Virus record (IMG/VR): IMGVR_UViG_3300022177_000034
Coordinates: 1-38,785 of that record
Strand: one strand, 5' to 3'
Origin: a virus
Lineage: Duplodnaviria > Caudoviricetes
Length of the DNA: 38,785 nt
Below the pieces are notes generated by a model that worked only from the letters and a program-made list of their open reading frames with translations, was not told the DNA's origin and ran no database searches. Shown here piece after piece: positions 1-7,816 of the stretch. How positions within the stretch are numbered: position 1 is the first letter of the stretch; every line of letters begins with the position of its first letter. Both the position numbers and the translations under genes were made by a program.

Positions 1-753
1 CACGGATTCCGCAAGGGGTCTATTAAGGTCAATCAGACATTTTCTATATCTGCCCAGGATGCGGCGGTCGAACGTTTAGTTAATCCGGAACTCCGTGCTT
101 TAACTGACAGCGGTGATTATCTGTTTATTGATAATCATTATGTCTATAATGCTCCGCTTTACGTTCAGGCAGGTGAAAACGGCAAGCTTGAACTAACCGA
201 TTATGCGCGCTCCCACATGGATGAATGCTGCCTTGTCTTTGACATGACCGTTACGAGCAAGGTGGCGGCCAAATACCATACGGAGTGTTTCTTGAACCGT
301 GAACCGAGTGATATAACCTTCGAAGTCAAATATCATAACGGTTACCAGAATGCACCGCAGGATCGCCAAGTGGCAATGCGGAAAAAGCAGCAGGAAGAGT
401 ACATTGCTGTCCGAAAGCAGATGACCGATAACCCTGAACAGTGCATGAAGCTACTATTAGACTGGCGCGGTATGAAATATACTGATTTGGGCGATGCAAT
501 TGATCGTGACCCAAAGACAATAAGCCGTATCGTTAGGGGTGAAACCGCTCCATCTGTTGAAACAGCGGCACTTATTTGCTTTGGACTGCACTTGCCACCT
601 ATCTTAAGTGAAAAACTTATGGAGGTGTTGAACTGTAAGTTGCAGCCGATGAAAATGGAGCATCAATGGATAAAAGAAGCTCTTCTGCTGAAGTATCCGG
701 AGCCATTATGGGTAATTCAAGAGTACTTGGCACCATATGGGGTAGTAATATAA
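1..753 (+). CDS. C-terminal part of a large regulator with a C-terminal XRE HTH (probably ImmA/IrrE-family fusion); truncated by the window edge
   Basis: Frame is open from base 1 (HGFRKGSIKVNQTFSIS...) into ORF 217..753. HTH: MKYTDLGDAIDRDPKTISRIVRGETAPSVETAALICFGL. The ImmA domain is inferred from family resemblance and is not visible. Confidence 0.65.
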   Translation, partial: HGFRKGSIKVNQTFSISAQDAAVERLVNPELRALTDSGDYLFIDNHYVYNAPLYVQAGENGKLELTDYARSHMDECCLVFDMTVTSKVAAKYHTECFLNREPSDITFEVKYHNGYQNAPQDRQVAMRKKQQEEYIAVRKQMTDNPEQCMKLLLDWRGMKYTDLGDAIDRDPKTISRIVRGETAPSVETAALICFGLHLPPILSEKLMEVLNCKLQPMKMEHQWIKEALLLKYPEPLWVIQEYLAPYGVVI

Positions 754-773
754 AAAATATTTTTGCGCAAAAA

Positions 774-790
774 CGGACATGATGTGTCCG
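774..790. promoter_or_regulatory. Palindromic operator-like site CGGACA-N5-TGTCCG (copy 1)
   Basis: Perfect 6-bp inverted repeat; 14 of 15 core bases recur at 2190-2204. Confidence 0.55.
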
Positions 791-799
791 CTGTTATCA

Positions 800-837
800 A
801 AGGACCCGTGCAATGATGCATGGGTCCTTCTTTTTAT
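800..837 (+). terminator. Intrinsic terminator
   Basis: AAGGACCCGTGCA-ATGA-TGCATGGGTCCTT stem followed by CTTTTTAT. Confidence 0.7.
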
Positions 838-866
838 GGTTCAAAACACATCCGCGTTTTACTACC

Positions 867-903
867 TTGAACCATTGACATTCTAGGGTTCAAAATGTAT
901 ATT
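867..903 (+). promoter_or_regulatory. SigA promoter overlapped by an inverted repeat
   Basis: TTGACA 875-880, 17-nt spacer, TATATT 898-903. TTGAACC (867-873) and GGTTCAA (887-893) flank the -35. Confidence 0.7.
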
Positions 904-935
904 ATAAGTACAAGATGGAAAACGGAGGTATGACT

Positions 936-1889
936 ATGTCACGTCAGTTCGATGAATATATGGAAGGTCGATTCGACCTTCACGACAAAGAATATGCGCT
1001 TATTGAGCCGGGAAATGCAGATGAGTTGGTAAAGGCATTAGAGGTAAAATCTGCCTTGCAGACATACATAGACGGCCTTATGCATGATGAGGAGTCAAGC
1101 GCATGGTGCGACTTGCTTCAGCGGCAAGAGGACTATATCAAGGAATATGTCGATTCCTTAGGGGACTTTGATAATAGCACCCTTTCCAATAACATCGCAT
1201 TTCTTGTTAAGAAAAATAGAATGAGAGTAGGCGAACTTGAAGATATGCTCGGAATAAGTGCGGGGTACATTTCACGCACGGTTAAAGAAGACTCTAAAAA
1301 GAAAATGAGCGTTGATATTGTATGGAAAATCGCCCGGTTATTTGATACAGACATCAGAACTCTGACTGAATCACAAATGTGGATTTCTCACAGCAATACG
1401 GAGCTGTTAGTTAAGTTTCTTCAAAGGTTGTATCAAGACACAAAAGATAATTTTTTCGCATGGGAAAACGATGGCGGAGTAATGGTTGTCCTTAACGAGC
1501 GATATGAAAAAATGGGGCTTATCACCACAGATGACGAGGAGACAGCCGTCTATCATCCTAATCATCTGAATCAGGCACTTAAATGGATCCTCTCTAAGGA
1601 TGTTGTTTCCCTTGAGAGCTTTGAAGGTAAGAAAGACCTAGTCATTATTCCTTTCAAGGTAGAAGGCAAGGAAGATTTGCAAGGCTATGATTTCCTTTTC
1701 GTCTGGGAGAGTAATGGTCAGTGGCTTTGGGAAAAAGTGTTCTATACAAACGATGATCCTTTTGGAGCATTGCATGAGAATGCCGATAAACTCTATCGTT
1801 TAATCGAGGATATGGAATACGATGCCAAGCTTGCCCCTAATATTCATCAACTCATTTCTAGCTATGTGAAAGGGGGCCGACCTGAATGA
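936..1889 (+). CDS. XRE-family HTH-containing protein with uncharacterised N- and C-terminal domains
   Basis: RBS GGAGG 924-928 before ATG 936. Central HTH MRVGELEDMLGISAGYISRTVK...SVDIVWKIARLF. Confidence 0.7.
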   Translation: MSRQFDEYMEGRFDLHDKEYALIEPGNADELVKALEVKSALQTYIDGLMHDEESSAWCDLLQRQEDYIKEYVDSLGDFDNSTLSNNIAFLVKKNRMRVGELEDMLGISAGYISRTVKEDSKKKMSVDIVWKIARLFDTDIRTLTESQMWISHSNTELLVKFLQRLYQDTKDNFFAWENDGGVMVVLNERYEKMGLITTDDEETAVYHPNHLNQALKWILSKDVVSLESFEGKKDLVIIPFKVEGKEDLQGYDFLFVWESNGQWLWEKVFYTNDDPFGALHENADKLYRLIEDMEYDAKLAPNIHQLISSYVKGGRPE

Positions 1890-2065
1890 TAAAACGCCCC
1901 ATTCGAAACCTGCACAGTGACAAGCCAACACCGCCCCGTTTTTGCGATGTGGTGATTGAAGACGGCAAGATCTTCCTTGAGAAAAAGTCAGATAAGAACA
2001 AGTATGAAAAGATCCCCTGGGAGGATGTTGTCTACCAGGTAGAAACGGCAAAAGCTGTAAACTAA
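1886..2065 (+). CDS. 59-aa hypothetical protein (absent from ORF track)
   Basis: ATGA overlap with upstream stop, RBS GAAAGGGGG. MIKRPIRNLHSDKPTPPRFCDVVIEDGKIFLEKKSDKNKYEKIPWEDVVYQVETAKAVN*. Confidence 0.65.
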   Translation: MIKRPIRNLHSDKPTPPRFCDVVIEDGKIFLEKKSDKNKYEKIPWEDVVYQVETAKAVN

Positions 2066-2116
2066 TAATAAAAGAAACTACCGCACCCTGTCCCGTAATC
2101 AATCGTGGAACTAATC

Positions 2117-2170
2117 GCCGGAGTTATCTAGGTAAGCCATAAAGGCTGAAAAGATAACTCCGGCTTTTTT
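2117..2170 (+). terminator. Intrinsic terminator with 13-bp stem and nested hairpin
   Basis: GCCGGAGTTATCT / AGATAACTCCGGC followed by TTTTTT. Confidence 0.75.
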
Positions 2171-2189
2171 ATTTGTATGGGTTTTGACG

Positions 2190-2204
2190 GGACATGGTGT
2201 GTCC
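2190..2204. promoter_or_regulatory. Palindromic operator-like site GGACA-N5-TGTCC (copy 2)
   Basis: GGACATGGTGTGTCC vs GGACATGATGTGTCC at 775-789; lies upstream of an extended -10 (TG-C-TAAATT, 2224-2232). Confidence 0.55.
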
Positions 2205-2274
2205 ATTTTAAAGAAAATTTCAGTGCTAAATTAATTTATAGATAAGCAGCAATGTTTTCTAAATAATATCTCAA

Positions 2275-2460
2275 TGTCCGAGATGCGCATCAGGACGGCG
2301 GGATGCAAAAGAGTTCAGACCCAGCATTAAAAACTGTGTCACGAATGAAGATGCACCCACCGTGATTTCGTGCGCCCATTTTTCGGACAAGCGAAGTCTG
2401 TGGACATCTTCCCCACAGGCTCTTTTTGTGTCCCACCGTCAATACCTCGGACGGAAAGGA
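2275..2460 (+). ncRNA. Putative structured cis-regulatory leader RNA (attenuator/switch) of the sigma-like gene
   Basis: Long complementary segments 2294-2313/2420-2440; 2275-2282 can pair with 2382-2389 or 2446-2453; terminator-like hairpin 2396-2420 followed by TCTTTTT. Confidence 0.55.
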
Positions 2461-2469
2461 CGCAAAAAA

Positions 2470-2862
2470 GTGAAAATCAAGTACAAAAAGGCTAATGGGA
2501 CAATCATCGAACTGGAGGTATCCGAAGAGGTCGGGACCCTCTATCTAGAGTCAATTGAAGATGAAAAGAAAAATGATCGCAAAAATTCACGCCCTAATCG
2601 CCACTCACAGCTTTCTACCTTTGAATACGAAGACATCCGCTATTTCAGCGATGGCACTGACCTACTTGCGGATTTAATCGAATCCGAGGTTATCAGTCAC
2701 GCCATGTCCTTCCTGAATGAACGCCAGCAATACCTGATTCGCAAGTGTCTACTGGAGGGATGGTCATATACCGACCTTGCCGCCGCTGAAGGCAAGGATG
2801 AATCTGCCATCCGCCATGCTGTTGATCGTGCCAAAAAGAAGCTTAGAAAATTTCTTGAATAG
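2470..2862 (+). CDS. Sigma70 region-4 domain transcription regulator (phage sigma-like factor)
   Basis: RBS GAAAGGA then GTG 2470. LNERQQYLIRKCLLEGWSYTDLAAAEGKDESAIRHAVDRAKKKLRK is a region-4 HTH. Confidence 0.8.
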   Translation: MKIKYKKANGTIIELEVSEEVGTLYLESIEDEKKNDRKNSRPNRHSQLSTFEYEDIRYFSDGTDLLADLIESEVISHAMSFLNERQQYLIRKCLLEGWSYTDLAAAEGKDESAIRHAVDRAKKKLRKFLE

Positions 2863-2928
2863 ACCGTCCGAATCGGCTGTTTCCCCTGGCATATACCAGA
2901 AGGCACAAGAAATAAGCCTTCGGAAAGG
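2863..2928 (+). promoter_or_regulatory. Repeated promoter/hairpin element, copy 1
   Basis: ACCGTCCGA-N15-TGGC...GAAGGC-loop-GCCTTCGG-AAAGG; same architecture at 7739 and 38716. Confidence 0.7.
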
Positions 2929-2941
2929 CAAGGTGATTCAT

Positions 2942-3136
2942 ATGAAGCACACGCTTAGGATCGGTGTTTCTAAGGAACCGCGGGATGGCTGGATTGTTAG
3001 CCGACGTCATGTCACCGTACGGGAGCGTTTGGTTCGCTTCCTGCTGGGAGATAAGCAAAGGCTGACGGTCATCGTCCCCGGCGACAGCGTAAAGTCGCTA
3101 TCCATCGTTGAGGAGGGGGATGAAAACCGTGGGTAA
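2942..3136 (+). CDS. Small phage hypothetical protein
   Basis: RBS AAGGTGA before ATG 2942 (MKHTLRIGVSKEP...LTVIVPGDSV). Confidence 0.7.
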   Translation: MKHTLRIGVSKEPRDGWIVSRRHVTVRERLVRFLLGDKQRLTVIVPGDSVKSLSIVEEGDENRG

Positions 3137-3452
3137 AACCAAGCTGCTGCTGGATGTTGCAGCTAATCTAAGTAACCTGGCAGACAGCATTTGGGCTGTG
3201 GCCGAAGCGATGGCGGGCAACGAACCTGTCCAAGAGGTCCAACCTGAAAGGCCAGCACCAGTTAAGGAAGAGAGGCCTGCTGCCAAGGCAGTTGCTCTGG
3301 AGCAAGTAAGAGCAGCACTGGCTGACAAAAGCCAGCAAGGGTTTACGGCAGATGTTAGGGCTCTGCTTGAAAAGTACGGCGCACCAAAACTCAGCCAGAT
3401 AGACCCGGCGAACTATGCGGCGCTATTAGCGGACGCGGAGGGGCTGAAATGA
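3129..3452 (+). CDS. Phage hypothetical protein of the DUF2800/DUF2815 replication cluster
   Basis: RBS AGGAGG; MGKTKLLLDV...LEQVRAALADKS...YGAPKLSQIDPANY; ATGA-coupled to next gene. Start could be ATG 3120. Confidence 0.7.
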   Translation: MGKTKLLLDVAANLSNLADSIWAVAEAMAGNEPVQEVQPERPAPVKEERPAAKAVALEQVRAALADKSQQGFTADVRALLEKYGAPKLSQIDPANYAALLADAEGLK

Positions 3453-4585
3453 ACGGAGACAAACAACACGCTCTGCTGTCAGCTTCTGGAGCCCATCGTT
3501 GGATGAACTGCACCCCGTCGGCGCGGCTGGAGCGGGAGTTCGAGGACAACAGCGGGGAATCCGCCGCCGAGGGGACTGCCGCACACGCTCTTGCGGAACA
3601 CAAGCTGCGCCGGGCGTTTAAGATGCGCTCCAAGAAGCCGGTGTCCAAGTACGACTCCGACGAAATGGACAGCTACACGGACGGCTATGTGGAGTTCATC
3701 CAGGAACTCGTCGCTCGAGCAAAGCAGGAGTGCAGTGACCCAGTCGTGCTGGTCGAGCAGCGCCTGGACTTCTCAAAATTCGTGCCGGGCGGCTTCGGTA
3801 CGGGGGACTGCATGATTATTGCGGATGGGACGCTCCACATAATTGACCTCAAGTATGGCCAGGGCGTTCTGGTGGACGCGGAGGACAATCCGCAGATGAA
3901 ACTGTACGCCCTCGGTGCTCTGGAACTCTTCGATGGCATCTACGACATCCTTACGGTGTCCATGACCATTTATCAGCCCCGCCGTGAAAATGTCAGCACC
4001 CACACGGTATTCAAGGAATCGCTGTACCAGTGGGCGGAGGAAGTCCTCAAACCAACGGCAGAGTTAGCTTTCAAAGGTGAAGGCGAGTACGATCCCGGTG
4101 AACATTGCCAGTTTTGCCGGGCGGCAGTGAAGTGCCGGGCACGGGCTGAAGAGAAATTGAACCTGGCCCGATTCGAATTCGCCTTGCCATCGCTGCTTAC
4201 GGACGAGGACATCGAGGAAATACTCGCCCTACTAGATGATCTCACCTCATGGGCGAACGACATCAAGGCATATGCGCTAGAAGCAGCGGTCAGTCATGGC
4301 AAGGATTGGCGCGGCTATAAGCTGGTAGAGGGTCGCTCTAACCGCAGGTACGCCAATGAAGATGCCGTCGCTAAAGCCGCAAAAGATGCAGGCTACCGCG
4401 ACATCTACCGTCAGAGCCTTATTACCCTCACTGAGATGGAGAAGCTGATGAGCAAAGCAAAATTCCAGGAAATCCTTGGTGGTCTCATCGAAAAGCCGCC
4501 AGGAAAACCGACTTTGGTCCCGCTTTCGGACAAGCGCCAGGCAATGAATGCATCTTGCGCAAAAAATGAATTTATGGAGGTTTAA
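3449..4585 (+). CDS. DUF2800 Cas4-like PD-(D/E)XK nuclease
   Basis: HALLSASGAHRW, GTAAH, EQRL, GTGD, IIDLKYG, QMKLYALGA, HCQFC...C motifs. Confidence 0.85.
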   Translation: MNGDKQHALLSASGAHRWMNCTPSARLEREFEDNSGESAAEGTAAHALAEHKLRRAFKMRSKKPVSKYDSDEMDSYTDGYVEFIQELVARAKQECSDPVVLVEQRLDFSKFVPGGFGTGDCMIIADGTLHIIDLKYGQGVLVDAEDNPQMKLYALGALELFDGIYDILTVSMTIYQPRRENVSTHTVFKESLYQWAEEVLKPTAELAFKGEGEYDPGEHCQFCRAAVKCRARAEEKLNLARFEFALPSLLTDEDIEEILALLDDLTSWANDIKAYALEAAVSHGKDWRGYKLVEGRSNRRYANEDAVAKAAKDAGYRDIYRQSLITLTEMEKLMSKAKFQEILGGLIEKPPGKPTLVPLSDKRQAMNASCAKNEFMEV

Positions 4586-4589
4586 TACT

Positions 4590-5168
4590 ATGTCGAACAC
4601 AGCAAACAGAGTAAATCCTAACCCTGGGAAAAACCCTACCAAGGTAATCACCGGCATTGTACGTCTGTCTTTTGCAAACGTGTGGGAACCGAAGTCCATC
4701 AACGGCGGCGCGGAGAAGTATAGTGTCAGCCTGATCATCCCCAAAAGCGATACCAAGACCATCGCGGCCATCAATGCAGCCGTGGATGCGGCTATCGAGG
4801 AAGGTAAAGGCAAATTCGGCGGCAAGATTCCCAATAAAGCGCAGCTAAAACTCCCGCTCCGTGACGGTGACATCGACCGCCCGGATGATGAAGCCTATGC
4901 GGACAGCTACTTCGTGAACGCCAATAGCAACACCGCCCCGCAGATAGTGGATAGACAGGTTAACCCTATCTTTGAACGCTCTGAAATCTATTCTGGCGTT
5001 TACGCAAGAGTCAGCATCAACTTCTATGCCTTCAATTCCAATGGAAATCGCGGAATAGCTTGCGGCTTGGGGAACATTCAAAAAATTAGCGATGGCGAAC
5101 CGCTGGGTGGCAAATCAAATGCCGCAGATGATTTTGCCACCGATGTGGACGATGATTTCCTGTCATGA
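4590..5168 (+). CDS. DUF2815 single-stranded DNA-binding protein
   Basis: RLSFANVWEP, KYSVSLIIPK, YSGVYARVS, GLGNIQK; acidic C-terminus DVDDDFLS; RBS GGAGG. Confidence 0.85.
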   Translation: MSNTANRVNPNPGKNPTKVITGIVRLSFANVWEPKSINGGAEKYSVSLIIPKSDTKTIAAINAAVDAAIEEGKGKFGGKIPNKAQLKLPLRDGDIDRPDDEAYADSYFVNANSNTAPQIVDRQVNPIFERSEIYSGVYARVSINFYAFNSNGNRGIACGLGNIQKISDGEPLGGKSNAADDFATDVDDDFLS

Positions 5169-7099
5169 GAACAGTCAGTATCGATCTAGAAACCTTTAGC
5201 ACGGTAGACCTCGCCAAAAGCGGGGTCTATCGCTATGCTGAATCACCGGATTTTGAAATCCTGTTGTTCGGATACAGTGTTGACGGCGGAGAGGTTCAGG
5301 TTATTGATTTGGCCAATGGCGAACGACTGCCGAATGAAATCAGTAACGCCCTATTAGATGAAAGCATTATTAAATGGGCGCACAACGCACAATTTGAAAG
5401 GATATGTCTGTCCCGCTATCTTGGCCAGTGGTTAAAGCCGGATTCCTGGCGCTGTACGATGGTTTGGGCTGCATATCTCGGTTTGCCTCTGTCGCTGGAG
5501 GGTGTGGCGCTGGTTACAAGCAGTGAAAAGCAAAAACTAACTGAGGGCAAAGAGATGATCCGCTACTTCACCATGCCCGCCAAGCCATCAAAAGCCAACG
5601 GCCAGCGTATACGCAATCTCCCCGAACACGACCCTGAAAAATGGGAACGCTTCAAAGCCTACAATGCTCGCGATGTTGAAACAGAAATGGCAATACAGTC
5701 TAAGCTGGTGAGCTTTCCGGTACCAGAGGATGAGTGGGAAAACTATATCCTCGACCAGGAAATCAATGATCGGGGTATTAAGCTGGACATGACCTTGGTC
5801 AGGCAGGCGATCCGCTGTGATGAGCAGTCGCGGGCGGAATTGACGCGAGTGATGCAAGAGTTGACCGCATTAGAAAATCCCAACTCAGTCGCTCAGATGA
5901 AGTCCTGGCTCGCTGATCATGGTCTCGAAACCGACACGTTGGACAAAGGAGCGGTTAAGGAACTGCTCAAGACCGCACCCCGAAGTCTGGGACGTGTTTT
6001 AGAATTACGGCAGAAGCTAGCCAAGTCCAGCATAAAGAAATACACAGCGATGGCAAACGCAGTCTGCTCCGACGGTAGGGCGCGCGGATTGCTGCAGTTC
6101 TATGGTGCCAATCGAACCGGCCGATTTGCCGGGCGCTTAATTCAGGTGCAAAATCTTCCCCAAAACCACCTGCCCGATCTAGAACAGGCGCGCAGTCTTA
6201 TTCGCTCCGGGCAGTTTGATGCCGCAGAGATGCTCTACGATTCTGTACCCTCTGTTTTATCGGAACTTATCCGCACCGCATTCATCCCGCAATCTGGATT
6301 TAAATTCATCGTTGCAGATTTCAGTGCCATTGAAGCCAGGGTAATAGCCTGGCTGGCGGGGGAAACCTGGCGGAATGAGGTATTTGCCACCCACGGCAAA
6401 ATCTATGAAGCTTCAGCTGCGCAGATGTTCCATGTTCACATTGAAGAGGTTACCAAAGGCAGCCCACTGAGACAAAAAGGCAAGATCGCCGAACTGGCGC
6501 TTGGCTACGGCGGATCAGTCGGCGCTTTGACCGCTATGGGCGCGTTGGAAATGGGGCTGTCTGAAGAGGAACTGCAGCCGCTGGTGACCGCCTGGCGGAA
6601 GGCCAATCCCAACATCGTGCGGTTCTGGTGGGAGGTTGACCGGGCTGCCAAAACAGCGGTCAAGGAACGTACTGCTGCAGAAACACACGGAATTCGTTTT
6701 GAGTACCGCAGCGGAATGCTTTTCATTACCCTGCCATCCGGCAGGAAGCTCTGCTACGTTAAGCCCCGGATTGAATTAAACCGTTTCGGCAGCGAAGCGG
6801 TGACATATGAGGGTATCGGCGCCGCCAAGAAATGGGAGCGTATCGAAAGTTACGGTCCCAAGTTCGTGGAGAACATCGTGCAGGCAGCATCCAGGGATAT
6901 TCTTTGTTATGCCATGCGCCGTTTGGATGCCTTGGGCCACAACATAGTGATGCATTGTCACGACGAGGTTGTAATTGAAGCCACTACCAAAGCATCAGTT
7001 GACGTTATCTGCACCGTTATGGGTGAGACACCTCCTTGGGCAAAAGGACTTCAGCTTCGTGCTGATGGTTATGAATGCCGTTTTTATATGAAGGAGTGA
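5165..7099 (+). CDS. Phage family A DNA polymerase with 3'-5' exonuclease
   Basis: ExoI IDLET, ExoII AHNAQFE, ExoIII YNARDV; TGRF; motif A ADFSAIEARV, motif B RQKGKIAELALGYG, motif C HDE. Confidence 0.92.
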   Translation: MRTVSIDLETFSTVDLAKSGVYRYAESPDFEILLFGYSVDGGEVQVIDLANGERLPNEISNALLDESIIKWAHNAQFERICLSRYLGQWLKPDSWRCTMVWAAYLGLPLSLEGVALVTSSEKQKLTEGKEMIRYFTMPAKPSKANGQRIRNLPEHDPEKWERFKAYNARDVETEMAIQSKLVSFPVPEDEWENYILDQEINDRGIKLDMTLVRQAIRCDEQSRAELTRVMQELTALENPNSVAQMKSWLADHGLETDTLDKGAVKELLKTAPRSLGRVLELRQKLAKSSIKKYTAMANAVCSDGRARGLLQFYGANRTGRFAGRLIQVQNLPQNHLPDLEQARSLIRSGQFDAAEMLYDSVPSVLSELIRTAFIPQSGFKFIVADFSAIEARVIAWLAGETWRNEVFATHGKIYEASAAQMFHVHIEEVTKGSPLRQKGKIAELALGYGGSVGALTAMGALEMGLSEEELQPLVTAWRKANPNIVRFWWEVDRAAKTAVKERTAAETHGIRFEYRSGMLFITLPSGRKLCYVKPRIELNRFGSEAVTYEGIGAAKKWERIESYGPKFVENIVQAASRDILCYAMRRLDALGHNIVMHCHDEVVIEATTKASVDVICTVMGETPPWAKGLQLRADGYECRFYMKE

Positions 7100-7103
7100 T
7101 GGC

Positions 7104-7691
7104 ATGAAAAAGAATTCGAATGAGTATTTGGATTTTGGCAAAGAAACTTTTCTGGTACTTAAGAATGATATTGTCGCTATTGTCTCAACCTCATGTCTGC
7201 CACTAATCCAACACTATACATGGTGCAGGGAAGGTACTGGGTATTTGATGAGTAGAACTTACGGCCACGCTGTTAAATTACATCGCCTTGTTATCGGTGC
7301 AAAGAAAGGCGAGTACGTTGACCATATAGATGGCGACAAAATAAACAATACCCTAAGCAATCTTAGAATATGCACAAAACAGCAGAATGAGTTTAACCAA
7401 AAGCTTAGGACTGACAACACAACTGGTTATCGAGGTGTCAGTTATCATCGGCAGAGCAACAAGTATCGTGCTTGTATCAACATAGGTGGTAAGCAAATTC
7501 ATCTAGGGCTGTTTGAGTCACCGCATGAAGCGGCAAGGGCTTATAACCTAAAAGCCGTTGAGCTTTATGGAGAGTACGCTCGTATAAATAACCTATTTAA
7601 ATATAAGGGTGCGAATCCCCCTCAAAATCACATCAAACAAATTGATAATATGCGCGCTCATTATGGCAAAAGGACTTCAGCTAAGGGCTGA
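7104..7691 (+). CDS. HNH + AP2-domain (homing) endonuclease
   Basis: LHRLV...VDHIDGDKINNTLSNLR (HNH); TGYRGVS...YRACI...HLGLFESPHEAARAYN (AP2); AT-richer than flanks. Confidence 0.85.
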   Translation: MKKNSNEYLDFGKETFLVLKNDIVAIVSTSCLPLIQHYTWCREGTGYLMSRTYGHAVKLHRLVIGAKKGEYVDHIDGDKINNTLSNLRICTKQQNEFNQKLRTDNTTGYRGVSYHRQSNKYRACINIGGKQIHLGLFESPHEAARAYNLKAVELYGEYARINNLFKYKGANPPQNHIKQIDNMRAHYGKRTSAKG

Positions 7692-7725
7692 CGGCTTTGA
7701 GTGCCAGTTTTATAAAAAAGATTAA
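7666..7725 (+). repeat. Duplicate of the last 20 codons of the DNA polymerase gene (cf. 7040-7099)
   Basis: GGCAAAAGGACTTCAGCT identical at 7039-7056 and 7665-7682; AKGLQLRADGFECQFYKKD* vs AKGLQLRADGYECRFYMKE*. Confidence 0.9.
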
Positions 7726-7738
7726 AAAATTATAACGA

Positions 7739-7806
7739 ACCGTCCGATTCCTCTCCCTGCGGTGGCTTATTCCGAAGGCCATAAACAAATTGAGCCTTCG
7801 GAAAGG
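7739..7806 (+). promoter_or_regulatory. Repeated promoter/hairpin element, copy 2
   Basis: ACCGTCCGA-N15-TGGCTTA, TTCCGAAGGC/GCCTTCGGAA stem, then RBS of the antirepressor gene. Confidence 0.7.
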
Positions 7807-7816
7807 ACGGATCCGT

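Noticed and set aside
2362-2469. N-terminal extension of the sigma-like ORF
   Set aside because: The RBS points to GTG 2470; the extension overlaps the structured leader.
3449-4585. CRISPR-Cas locus suggested by the Cas4-like protein
   Set aside because: No repeat-spacer array or other cas genes; DUF2800 is a standard phage replication/recombination nuclease.
4277-4873. Long minus-strand ORFs here and throughout (e.g. 10760-11191, 30399-30908)
   Set aside because: Antisense shadows of well-supported plus-strand genes, without RBS or recognisable motifs.
7057-7682. Group I intron in the polymerase gene
   Set aside because: Pol already has a complete C-terminus before the HNH gene, and there is little noncoding room or recognisable catalytic core.
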